Virus record (IMG/VR): IMGVR_UViG_3300009376_000004
Length of the DNA: 64,000 nt
Strand: one strand, 5' to 3'
Source: an uncultured virus (IMG/VR IMGVR_UViG_3300009376_000004)
Taxonomy: Duplodnaviria; Heunggongvirae; Uroviricota; Caudoviricetes
Numbering within the stretch: position 1 is the first letter of the stretch; each line of letters starts with the position of its first letter. This document shows, in pieces, positions 28,930 through 36,869 of this stretch. A program made the translations under genes and the position numbers. The notes beneath the pieces are model-generated. The model was not told the origin of the DNA. It searched no databases and worked only from the letters and a program-made list of their open reading frames with translations.

Positions 28930-30125
28930 ATCGAATGGCAACTAAAAAATCAAAGGATGAGGTATCAAAACCCATTGATAAGGAAAAACAAACCAAAGAC
29001 CGAAGCAAAGATCTGAAAGAACAGATTGCAAAAGATGTTCATGAGGATCATGTAGAAGTTCAAAAAGCAGTGGATTTTGATATTTCTCAACTTGAAGGTG
29101 TTGGTTCTGTAAGAAGAAATAGATTGGCAGAAAGTGGAATAACTACACCAATGGATTTGATGGTAAGAGGTCCTATTGAAATTGCAGATATAACAGGTCT
29201 TACAAAAGAACAAGCATCAACTATTTGTGAAAAGGCAAGACAGTATTGTGTAGATAACGGAGTATTTCAAAAATCTTTTCAGAAAGCAGGAGATGTATTA
29301 GAATATCGTAAAAATCAGATTAATACAAATAGAATAACAACAGGTGCAAAAAGTCTTGATGATCTTTTAGGTGGAGGTATAGAAACCGAAGCACTTACAG
29401 AATTTTATGGAGCTTATGGTAGTGGTAAATCACAAGTTTGTCATACATTAGCTGTCATGGCACAATTACCAAAAGATGGGGGAGGACTTAATGCAGAAGT
29501 AATATTTTTCGATACAGAAGATACATTTAGACCAGAAAGAATACGAGATATTGTAATCAATAGAGGATTAGTTCCTTTAAAAGATAAAGCAAAGAAGTCC
29601 GATCCGAATGAACCTGAAAGTGAAAAGGACGTAATGAAATTTATTGATAGAATAACAGTAGCCAAATGTTATAATACTTCACATCAAATGCTTTTGGCAG
29701 ATCAAGTATCAGATATTTTGAATAAAGAAAAAGTGGATAAGAATCCAAAAAAAGATCCAATGACTAGATTATTAATCATTGATTCTGTCAGCACACACTT
29801 TAGAAGTGAATATGCAGGTAGAGGATTATTAGCAGAAAAACAACAGGCATTAAACAAGTATATTCATAAATTAAAGAGAACAGCAGAAGCATACAAGTTG
29901 GCAATAGTAATAACAAATCAAGTAATGGGTAATCCGGGTGGCTTTGGAAGTCCTGTCGTACCAGTAGGAGGTCATGTATTAGGACATGGATCTACATATA
30001 GAATTTATCTTAAAAAGAGTTTGAAAACAAAGAGAATAGCAAAGATGGATGATAGTCCAATGCACGCACAGAATGAAATTGTATTTGATTTAACAAAAGC
30101 AGGAGTAAAAGATAGTGAAGATTAA
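28926..30125 (+). CDS. radA: Archaeal-type RadA recombinase
   Basis: N-terminal HhH (LEGVG), Walker A GAYGSGKSQ, DTEDTFRPERI, IIDS..FRSEY.GRG.L.E.QQ, TNQV and GGHVLGH. Confidence 0.95.
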   Translation: MNRMATKKSKDEVSKPIDKEKQTKDRSKDLKEQIAKDVHEDHVEVQKAVDFDISQLEGVGSVRRNRLAESGITTPMDLMVRGPIEIADITGLTKEQASTICEKARQYCVDNGVFQKSFQKAGDVLEYRKNQINTNRITTGAKSLDDLLGGGIETEALTEFYGAYGSGKSQVCHTLAVMAQLPKDGGGLNAEVIFFDTEDTFRPERIRDIVINRGLVPLKDKAKKSDPNEPESEKDVMKFIDRITVAKCYNTSHQMLLADQVSDILNKEKVDKNPKKDPMTRLLIIDSVSTHFRSEYAGRGLLAEKQQALNKYIHKLKRTAEAYKLAIVITNQVMGNPGGFGSPVVPVGGHVLGHGSTYRIYLKKSLKTKRIAKMDDSPMHAQNEIVFDLTKAGVKDSED

Positions 30126-30904
30126 TGCCTAGAACACCAAAACCTGATTTATCTTATTTACAAGATGATGTTTATTTCAGATTTAGAAAGGCACAAGTAA
30201 AAGCTATGGAAACTGTAAGGGAGGGTGTTCTCCACGTTAGTGATGTTATTTCCCCATGTCTTAGAATGGTACATTACAAAAAGACCGATCCTCAACCATC
30301 AATGACGACAGAATCTATGAGAGCATTATACATGGGACAGATTATTCATGCACATAGTATGTTATCAGATAATAAGAAATTTCATGAAATAAAATTAGCA
30401 TATGATTATGTAGAAGATAAGGTAATCAATCTTCCAAGAGCAATAGATCCTGATTCAAAAGAATACATAAAGCCAGATGATCCAAAATGGTATGATATTT
30501 TGATAGGAAGTATTGATGATTTAGTAAAAATCGGAGAGAATTATATGATTTGTGATAAGAAAACAACAGCAAGTATTGATTGGTTTAGTAAGGCAACTTC
30601 AAAGCCTAGTGAATATCATGTAGATCAAATAAATCACTATCGAGTTCTTCTAAAAAAATGTATGGATATTGATGCAACATATGGTTGCGTAATCTATATT
30701 TCCAGCGTTAAAACATTAAAAAATGATAGACCTGTTCCATTGGCATTTCCATTGGCAGAAGTAGATGAAACGTTAGAAAAGATAAAGTCCAATGGTGCAA
30801 AAATTAAAGATATGATGTTAAATGGAGAGCAACCAGAAAGAACACGATGTTATATGTGTGATGGTATATGTGATTATGCACAGATTTGTTTTGCCAAAGA
30901 TTAA
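30125..30904 (+). CDS. Cas4-like PD-(D/E)xK exonuclease with four Cys (Fe-S)
   Basis: HVSD..CLR, G..IH, GSIDD..ICDKKT, QINHY and C-terminal CYMCDGIC.Y..IC. Confidence 0.8.
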   Translation: MPRTPKPDLSYLQDDVYFRFRKAQVKAMETVREGVLHVSDVISPCLRMVHYKKTDPQPSMTTESMRALYMGQIIHAHSMLSDNKKFHEIKLAYDYVEDKVINLPRAIDPDSKEYIKPDDPKWYDILIGSIDDLVKIGENYMICDKKTTASIDWFSKATSKPSEYHVDQINHYRVLLKKCMDIDATYGCVIYISSVKTLKNDRPVPLAFPLAEVDETLEKIKSNGAKIKDMMLNGEQPERTRCYMCDGICDYAQICFAKD

Positions 30905-30981
30905 GATAGTTAGTTATAAGGATTTAATCAGTAAGGAAAAAAATCCTAATATACGTTTAGATACCAAATTCTTCGTAGAGA

Positions 30982-31140
30982 ATGGCGACTTTAAACAAAG
31001 AGGATATAAAGGATTTAAGGGAAAAGTTGGAGGAGTTGGAAACCAGATTGGCACGAATAGAGCAGATATTAGCACCAATGCTATCAGAAACGATGCAATC
31101 AAAATTCTTTAAAGTATGGTTTGATGATAATAATTCGTGA
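30982..31140 (+). CDS. 52-aa coiled-coil microprotein (not in ORF track)
   Basis: MATLNKEDIKDLREKLEELETRLARIEQILAP...; its stop overlaps the GTG of the next gene. Confidence 0.55.
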   Translation: MATLNKEDIKDLREKLEELETRLARIEQILAPMLSETMQSKFFKVWFDDNNS

Positions 31141-31505
31141 ATAAATGTAAAAAATGTCAAAAGGACTTTAAGGCACATGGAAATTCTAAGTATTGTGAAA
31201 ACTGTGGAGTTAAGGTAGCAGGTAGTTCTAGAAAGATAAGTAGAATAAAGGTAAGGTCTATCTCTAAAAGTTCATATCAGAAACATAGGAAAATTCACAT
31301 TTGTCAGATATGTAAGAAGAAATTAGACTATAAGGAGGGTAAAAAGTTCTGTAAAAAGTGTAAGGAATCGTTCTTGAATAGAATGAAAGAATTACATTCA
31401 CAGGTTTGTTTCATATGTGGTAAGGCTAAAAAACAGCAGATCTATTGTTCAAAGAAATGCTATAAGATAGGCAATTATTTTCTTAAAAGTAAAAAACTAA
31501 AATAG
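31137..31505 (+). CDS. Basic multi-CxxC Zn-finger protein
   Basis: Three CxxC...YC/FC units. Confidence 0.6.
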   Translation: MNKCKKCQKDFKAHGNSKYCENCGVKVAGSSRKISRIKVRSISKSSYQKHRKIHICQICKKKLDYKEGKKFCKKCKESFLNRMKELHSQVCFICGKAKKQQIYCSKKCYKIGNYFLKSKKLK

Positions 31506-31525
31506 GTAGATGTTTCCTAAACTTC

Positions 31526-32032
31526 GTGAAGAGTAAGAAATGGATTATGCACAATATGGGTAATAATACTGAATATAGAAAAGAACAGATGTTATTAGCA
31601 GATATGATTCGTATTTTATTACCTAAATCAAATGTAAAATTGGAGGAACCATTGGGAAACCTAGATAAAATTGATGAAATAGAATGTAAATGTATTCCAG
31701 ATATCTTAATAGAAGATAAGAAGATAGTTATAAGAATGATGGGAGAAATACATAGAAATAGTAAGAGGACTTTGAAAGATGAGGATCAAAAAATCGTTTT
31801 AGAGGGAAATGGATATATCGTAATTGATGTTTGGTATGATGAATATCCAGAATTTTGGAATCCAAAGGCATACAAAGACGATCAGGTAATCGAAAAAGCA
31901 AAATCTTTAATATATAAACATCTCGGTGAGAGTGTTGAGAGTATTGATACTAAAGATACCTTTGATACTAAATCTACCAATAATCGTAAAATAATGATTG
32001 AGATGGGAGAGTTGAAAGATGGTAAAGTGTAA
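31526..32032 (+). CDS. Vsr/DUF559-like endonuclease
   Basis: IPDILI..KIVI..GEIH..KDEDQK..LE.NGYIVI.VW. Confidence 0.65.
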   Translation: MKSKKWIMHNMGNNTEYRKEQMLLADMIRILLPKSNVKLEEPLGNLDKIDEIECKCIPDILIEDKKIVIRMMGEIHRNSKRTLKDEDQKIVLEGNGYIVIDVWYDEYPEFWNPKAYKDDQVIEKAKSLIYKHLGESVESIDTKDTFDTKSTNNRKIMIEMGELKDGKV

Positions 32033-32411
32033 AAGATGTAAAGATGGTAGGGATTACATTTGGGATAGAACCTATAATGAATCAACGGGTAAGTGGAGAT
32101 TATGGGATTCAGAAAGAGAATTACCGCATAAATGTGGCACACAGCAGAAGCAAACAGAAGAACAGTTCATGTCAAAGCATGATAGAGAGCTTTGGAAAAA
32201 AGATTGGAAACCCGAAATGGATGAACCTACATACATATTATGTGGAATATGTAATGACGGAACCGAGTGCGTAACAGTAACAGATTGTGAAGAATGTGAG
32301 AAGTTTAAGCTAAATCCGTGTAAGCATTGGTGTCCAAAATGTAAGGAACACCCAAAAATCAGCTTACACGCAAGAAATAAGATGGATAGGCTAGAAAATG
32401 TAGGACCCTAA
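32019..32411 (+). CDS. Cys-rich hypothetical protein
   Basis: CKRC..W...GKW.L..PHKC N-terminal motif plus a C-terminal Cys cluster. Confidence 0.6.
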   Translation: MVKCKRCKDGRDYIWDRTYNESTGKWRLWDSERELPHKCGTQQKQTEEQFMSKHDRELWKKDWKPEMDEPTYILCGICNDGTECVTVTDCEECEKFKLNPCKHWCPKCKEHPKISLHARNKMDRLENVGP

Positions 32412-32700
32412 TCATTCATAATATATAATCGTATTCACTACAAATATTTATTTTTTTATATATTATCTATAATAAAAAAAATTTTAGCAATCCTTTTATA
32501 TTATCATAGTAAGGTTGTTATTTTGTGAGGAGAGATTTTGGGAAGAAAATATAAAAATAAATATATTTTTGCCATCTTTTTGATTTAAAAAGATTAATCA
32601 AATTTATTATATATTAGATTGATATCAATCTTTTGATGATTCATGTCGTAGAATTTTTTAAGACACTTATTCATCGTATGCGACATGAATCAGATTTGAA
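32412..32700. promoter_or_regulatory. AT-rich intergenic region with palindromes (candidate origin or regulatory hub)
   Basis: Perfect 16-bp palindrome AGATTGATATCAATCT (32616-32631); 12-bp inverted repeat TGATTCATGTCG/CGACATGAATCA (32637-32648, 32681-32692). Confidence 0.5.
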
Positions 32701-32731
32701 TGATTTGGAAGAAGCTTTTGGGGATAAATAA

Positions 32732-32908
32732 TTGAACAAAAATCAGTTAATAAAAACATGGCATGAACAATATCATGGATTAGCAACAGATGTTCATCTT
32801 AAAGATGGAGGAAAATTATGGTATTGTAAAGAATGTTTAAGAGAACAGTATAAAAAAACACCAAAATTGGAAGGACAAATTCAGGTGAAATTGAATGAAA
32901 TTGTGTAG
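32732..32908 (+). CDS. 58-aa hypothetical protein (not in ORF track)
   Basis: TTG start, H..H..WYCKEC motif; read by hand. Confidence 0.45.
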   Translation: MNKNQLIKTWHEQYHGLATDVHLKDGGKLWYCKECLREQYKKTPKLEGQIQVKLNEIV

Positions 32909-32999
32909 ATTTTGTCGTGAGGACTTTAAGAATAAAGAGGAATTATTGATCCATATAAAAAAACGTCATATCTCGTACATGATGGAGAAGAAAGAATGA
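32895..32999 (+). CDS. 34-aa C2H2 zinc-finger microprotein (not in ORF track)
   Basis: MKLCRFCREDFKNKEELLIHIKKRH... Confidence 0.6.
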   Translation: MKLCRFCREDFKNKEELLIHIKKRHISYMMEKKE

Positions 33000-33169
33000 A
33001 AAGGAAGTTAATGAGTTTTTGTGTAAGAGCTACTGACGTAGAATATGTATCGGTAGATAATGATGATAATACTTGTAGTTGTGGTGGAGATGATCATTAC
33101 ATTCTAGCAGAACAGCAGGGTTGTGAATGTTGGTGTCATGGTAATAATTCACAGGAGAAATATAAATGA
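32996..33169 (+). CDS. 57-aa Cys/His microprotein (not in ORF track)
   Basis: ATGA-coupled at both ends; CECWCH motif. Confidence 0.55.
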   Translation: MKRKLMSFCVRATDVEYVSVDNDDNTCSCGGDDHYILAEQQGCECWCHGNNSQEKYK

Positions 33170-33429
33170 GTTCAAAAGAGATGTATAGATTATTGCAGTT
33201 ATGTAATATAATCGAAAAGAACGGAGAGATTGGAGAATTTGAATTAAGACACGCAATGGGATTAAGTCATTCATTATATTCACAAGTAAAATCTGATTTA
33301 CTTCACGCATCAGCGTTTAAGTGGAGAGTTGAATTTAACAAGAGAACAAAGACTTGGAAATATATCGGAGGAATTGCAGAAGCAGAAGCGAGGAGGAAAG
33401 CAGATGAAAAAAGAAAAGAAGGAGATTAA
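33166..33429 (+). CDS. Winged-helix-like protein
   Basis: IIEKNGEI..ELRHAMGLS..Y helix-turn-helix pattern. Confidence 0.5.
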   Translation: MSSKEMYRLLQLCNIIEKNGEIGEFELRHAMGLSHSLYSQVKSDLLHASAFKWRVEFNKRTKTWKYIGGIAEAEARRKADEKRKEGD

Positions 33430-33619
33430 ACATAGAAAAGAAAGTTTGCAGAAGAGGATAGATTTTATCTCGTCAGCAATTAGAGAAAATAAAATAGAAC
33501 ATCATCAACTACAAAGAGAATTACATGAACATCTTAAAGAATTTGAAATAAAGAAAATTCAGATTGAATTAAAAAGATTGAAAGAAGAACTAAAGGAGCT
33601 TGATAAAAATGAAATGTGA
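33404..33619 (+). CDS. Coiled-coil hypothetical protein
   Basis: Likely starts at ATG 33404 inside the tracked ORF; heptad-rich. Confidence 0.5.
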   Translation: MKKEKKEIKHRKESLQKRIDFISSAIRENKIEHHQLQRELHEHLKEFEIKKIQIELKRLKEELKELDKNEM

Positions 33620-33869
33620 TATATGTGGTTGGCAACCAACAATGAATCGTATAGAAGATGTATTATGCGAATGGAGTTTTCATAGAGCAGTAAAACACGC
33701 AGATGAAATAATTAGCAATGATCCCATAATACAACAATCAAAGGAAGCATTAAAGACGAGATTTTGGAGTAAAAAGGAAGAAAAGTGGATTAATACTGCA
33801 CCGATGGACGACTTTAGTTATGACTTAGGTTATGCGGGTGTGATAAAAAGAGATGGTGTAGATGAGTGA
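33600..33869 (+). CDS. Hypothetical protein with C2H2-like finger
   Basis: CDICG...H...H. Confidence 0.55.
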   Translation: MIKMKCDICGWQPTMNRIEDVLCEWSFHRAVKHADEIISNDPIIQQSKEALKTRFWSKKEEKWINTAPMDDFSYDLGYAGVIKRDGVDE

Positions 33870-34317
33870 TTTTTTTAGCAGTTCATTAGATGTGGCAGAA
33901 TATGTTGCAGGTCATTTGGAATTTCAAAAGAAAGTATTTGACGTTGAAATAAACCATAATTATTCTAACAAAGGAAGTGTGGGAAAACATATAGACATAA
34001 TTGAGAAAGATACAGGTAAGAAACATCATATAAAATTTGCCTTAGAATCTTTCCACAAGTTTTCACAATTTTTTAATACTGATGAGGGCGAGGGAGAAAC
34101 GTTAGACAAAGAAGTGTTAGATAAGTTAAGAGAAGGTGATATTCTATACTTTGGTTATCCTGATAAAATATTATTTACAACGAAAAAAGAGTTTGTTAGG
34201 AGGAAGCTTTGGCGAAAGATGAAAAACGGAATAGAGGTATGTTCTTATCCTATTAAAAATCTAGAAATAATGTTCGGAAAAAAATTGGTGAAAAAAGGAC
34301 TTGATAAATACACATAG
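33862..34317 (+). CDS. Hypothetical protein (possibly degenerate nuclease fold)
   Basis: Coupled ORF; ID..E..H.K only weakly PD-(D/E)xK-like. Confidence 0.5.
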   Translation: MSDFFSSSLDVAEYVAGHLEFQKKVFDVEINHNYSNKGSVGKHIDIIEKDTGKKHHIKFALESFHKFSQFFNTDEGEGETLDKEVLDKLREGDILYFGYPDKILFTTKKEFVRRKLWRKMKNGIEVCSYPIKNLEIMFGKKLVKKGLDKYT

Positions 34318-34450
34318 TAAAAGTAAAGGAAGTAAGCTAACGAGGACTTGTAGTGGTTGTGGTATGCCTTTGACAAAAGATGAACCTGAATGTGTAGGTA
34401 TAGATTGGGATTGGTGGATTTATCAAGATGATTAGTGAGGGCGGACTTTA

Positions 34451-34663
34451 ATGATTTTCAAAGATGGTATAGCATCTTTCAAGATGGATGAGTATATCTG
34501 GAATGCCTATGGTAAAGATGACGTTGATCAAGAAAATGTTTTAACAGATGAACAATGGCGAGAGTTCGTTAGGCAATATGGCAAAGGTGTTAGTGTAGAT
34601 GGTGTAATAGATTGGGAAAACATTTCAGTCGAATTTGATAATTTTTGTGAGGAATCAAAATGA
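34451..34663 (+). CDS. Acidic hypothetical protein
   Basis: LTDEQWREF motif; coupled to the next gene. Confidence 0.5.
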   Translation: MIFKDGIASFKMDEYIWNAYGKDDVDQENVLTDEQWREFVRQYGKGVSVDGVIDWENISVEFDNFCEESK

Positions 34664-34842
34664 AATGCGTAAAATATAACAAATGCGGAAATAGAACAAG
34701 TGCATCACAACATAAGAAGTGTTGGAAAAAATGGCGAATGTGTGGTGAATGTGCAATACGATATCATCCAGAAGAATACAGTGATATGTATGTTCAAAGA
34801 GTATTAACACAGATGAGGAAGAAATATGGCACAGGTAAATAA
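34660..34842 (+). CDS. Cys-rich microprotein
   Basis: CW..WRMCGECA..HPE.Y. Confidence 0.55.
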   Translation: MKCVKYNKCGNRTSASQHKKCWKKWRMCGECAIRYHPEEYSDMYVQRVLTQMRKKYGTGK

Positions 34843-35179
34843 TCTATCAAAAAGATTCCCAAGAGGAAAGGATATGAAAATATCATGGTTATGTTGGCAA
34901 TATGGTCATAGAAGATGTAAGGGTAGAAACTGTAAATGTGAATGTCATGACAAATAGATGTATTTGTGAATGTGGTTGTATGAATAGAATATCAGATAGT
35001 GAGATGTTATGCATAATGTGTAAAGATGGTCATCGTAAATAATGGCACTTTATTGTAGATTATGTGGTGGTAAAATAAAGGCGATGGATAGAAAATACAA
35101 GCATGGTCATTTTAAGAAATTATGTCTAAGATGTTATCAAGAACAATTACTTCAGGGAAAGGTAGAGGGAGATAATTGA
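34826..35179 (+). other. Three coupled Cys-rich microprotein ORFs (34826-34957, 34947-35042, 35042-35179)
   Basis: Read by hand: ..CWQYGHRRC..CKCECH (43 aa), MTNRCICECGC..CIMC..H (31 aa), MALYCRLCG..LCLRC (45 aa). Confidence 0.55.
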
Positions 35180-35252
35180 AGGCAGAAGATAATCCAGAAA
35201 TGTCATGTTATGAATGGTTAAAGAAATATAGAAGAAGTAGAAAGAGTAATCA

Positions 35253-35486
35253 TTGAGTATTTTTACACCTGATGATTATAGGAAAGAAGCAGAAAAAAAC
35301 CTAGCCAAAGAAAAAAAGAAAGAGAAAAGTAAGAAACCACATTGGGAGGTAAAACATAGAGGTAGTTCGCACTTTAAGAAAAAACTGAAACATTGTCCCC
35401 GTTTATGTCAGCAAAAAGAGAATGGAAACTATGGAAAGAGAACATTTGACGGAAAAGTATGCTTTTCATGTGGATTTAAAAAATAG
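35253..35486 (+). CDS. Basic Zn-ribbon protein
   Basis: CPRLC...CFSCG. Confidence 0.55.
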   Translation: MSIFTPDDYRKEAEKNLAKEKKKEKSKKPHWEVKHRGSSHFKKKLKHCPRLCQQKENGNYGKRTFDGKVCFSCGFKK

Positions 35487-35537
35487 GTAAAAAACAGGTA
35501 AAAAACAGCGTATTTTATCATTTTTATCATATTCTTA

Positions 35538-35591
35538 TATTTCTATATAAATATAGAAATAGATATCTTTATATACTATGCTGAGAGATAA
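35538..35591 (+). promoter_or_regulatory. Archaeal promoter (copy 1 of a duplicated element) with upstream palindrome
   Basis: TTTATATA box; 11-bp inverted repeat TATTTCTATAT-aa-ATATAGAAATA; 39/41 identical to 59252-59292. Confidence 0.7.
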
Positions 35592-35594
35592 TAA

Positions 35595-36815
35595 TTGAGA
35601 GAAGAAATGACAACGAAAGAACAGAAAAAAATAGCAATCGAAAAACGACTAGCACTTAATAAAAAGAAGTTAGACAAAGAATTAGGTAAGTTAGACAGAA
35701 TTTTTCAAAGTGCAGAAAGGAAAGGAATTGTTCTTGACAAGTCAAAGTATTTACAAAGTTTAACTCTCACACCTTCTAGCAGAATGATAGTGAATGAGAA
35801 TGCTTCAACCGACATTCCAGAAGAGGAACGAGTTGATAAAAGTGTTCCAAAAATTACAGAAATAGCAGGAAAGAGAGTAGATGTAATTCCAGAATTTCCG
35901 GTATATTATGAGGAATTTTTAGTCCCTGAAGATATGCCTGAATACATTGAACGTGGTAGAGAAATCGAAATTTTGAATCGAATTATCAGTATGGAAAATC
36001 CAGAGAACCTTATGTTATATGGTCCAAGTGGTACAGGTAAAACCATGTTAGCAATGGATATCGCAAAACGGAATGATATGTGTTTAATTCAAGCAGATAT
36101 GAGTGAAGATATGCGAAGAAGCAATGTAATAGGCGGACTTAAAACAACCGAGGAAAATGGAGTTATGGTAACTAAATGGAAACATGGATTCGCCGGAGAG
36201 GCAATAGAATGTGCAAATCAGAATCCAAATGGATGTATTCTCGTTTTAGAGGAGGGTAATCAACCAAGAGGAGAAATACAAAAATTAACAAATGGTCTTT
36301 GTGATTTTAGACGATCAGTATATGTTTCTGAATTAGGTAAATATTTGAGATTAAAGAAAGGAGCAAAACTAATGGTCATTATGACATTAAATCCAGCAGG
36401 AGATGGTTATTCTGGTAACGAAGTAGAATTATCAGTAGATGACAGATTCAGACTGCAATGGGAATGGACATATCCAACAATAGCAGAAATGCGAAAAATC
36501 ATGGCAAAAGACATGAAAGACATTCCAAAAAAATTCGTAAATAATATGTTCAAGTTAGTTCTCGAAGTACAAAACGCAGTAGCATCAGAGGAGTTATCAA
36601 AAATGATAAGTCCAAGACAGTTAGCAGGAGTATTTGAGGCATATAGGACTTTTAACGGAATGGAGAATTTCGAGCAATTAGTATTAGACATGACAGTATC
36701 AAGTCGTTTTCCTGATGACGAGAAGGATCTCGTAAAATCTCGTATGGAATCAATTTTCGGTGCAGAAGCAGTAAGTGAGAAAGCTGACGCAAGTGAGGGG
36801 ATGACAGATGAGTAA
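35595..36815 (+). CDS. MoxR/CobS/NorQ-like AAA+ ATPase
   Basis: Walker A GPSGTGKT, Walker B LVLEEGN, TLNP..GYSG, DRF. Confidence 0.88.
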   Translation: MREEMTTKEQKKIAIEKRLALNKKKLDKELGKLDRIFQSAERKGIVLDKSKYLQSLTLTPSSRMIVNENASTDIPEEERVDKSVPKITEIAGKRVDVIPEFPVYYEEFLVPEDMPEYIERGREIEILNRIISMENPENLMLYGPSGTGKTMLAMDIAKRNDMCLIQADMSEDMRRSNVIGGLKTTEENGVMVTKWKHGFAGEAIECANQNPNGCILVLEEGNQPRGEIQKLTNGLCDFRRSVYVSELGKYLRLKKGAKLMVIMTLNPAGDGYSGNEVELSVDDRFRLQWEWTYPTIAEMRKIMAKDMKDIPKKFVNNMFKLVLEVQNAVASEELSKMISPRQLAGVFEAYRTFNGMENFEQLVLDMTVSSRFPDDEKDLVKSRMESIFGAEAVSEKADASEGMTDE

Positions 36816-36869
36816 ATTATTATTTTTAATTATGGCATTAACAAGTTTAAGCATAAGTGAGGTATCAGA

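Noticed and set aside
29560..29770. Intein in RadA
   Set aside because: The insertions are short charged loops with no intein splice motifs.
30822..31112. 96-aa ORF after the Cas4-like gene
   Set aside because: It overlaps both the nuclease and a better coupled 52-aa coiled-coil ORF (30982-31140). A short TTG-started version cannot be excluded.
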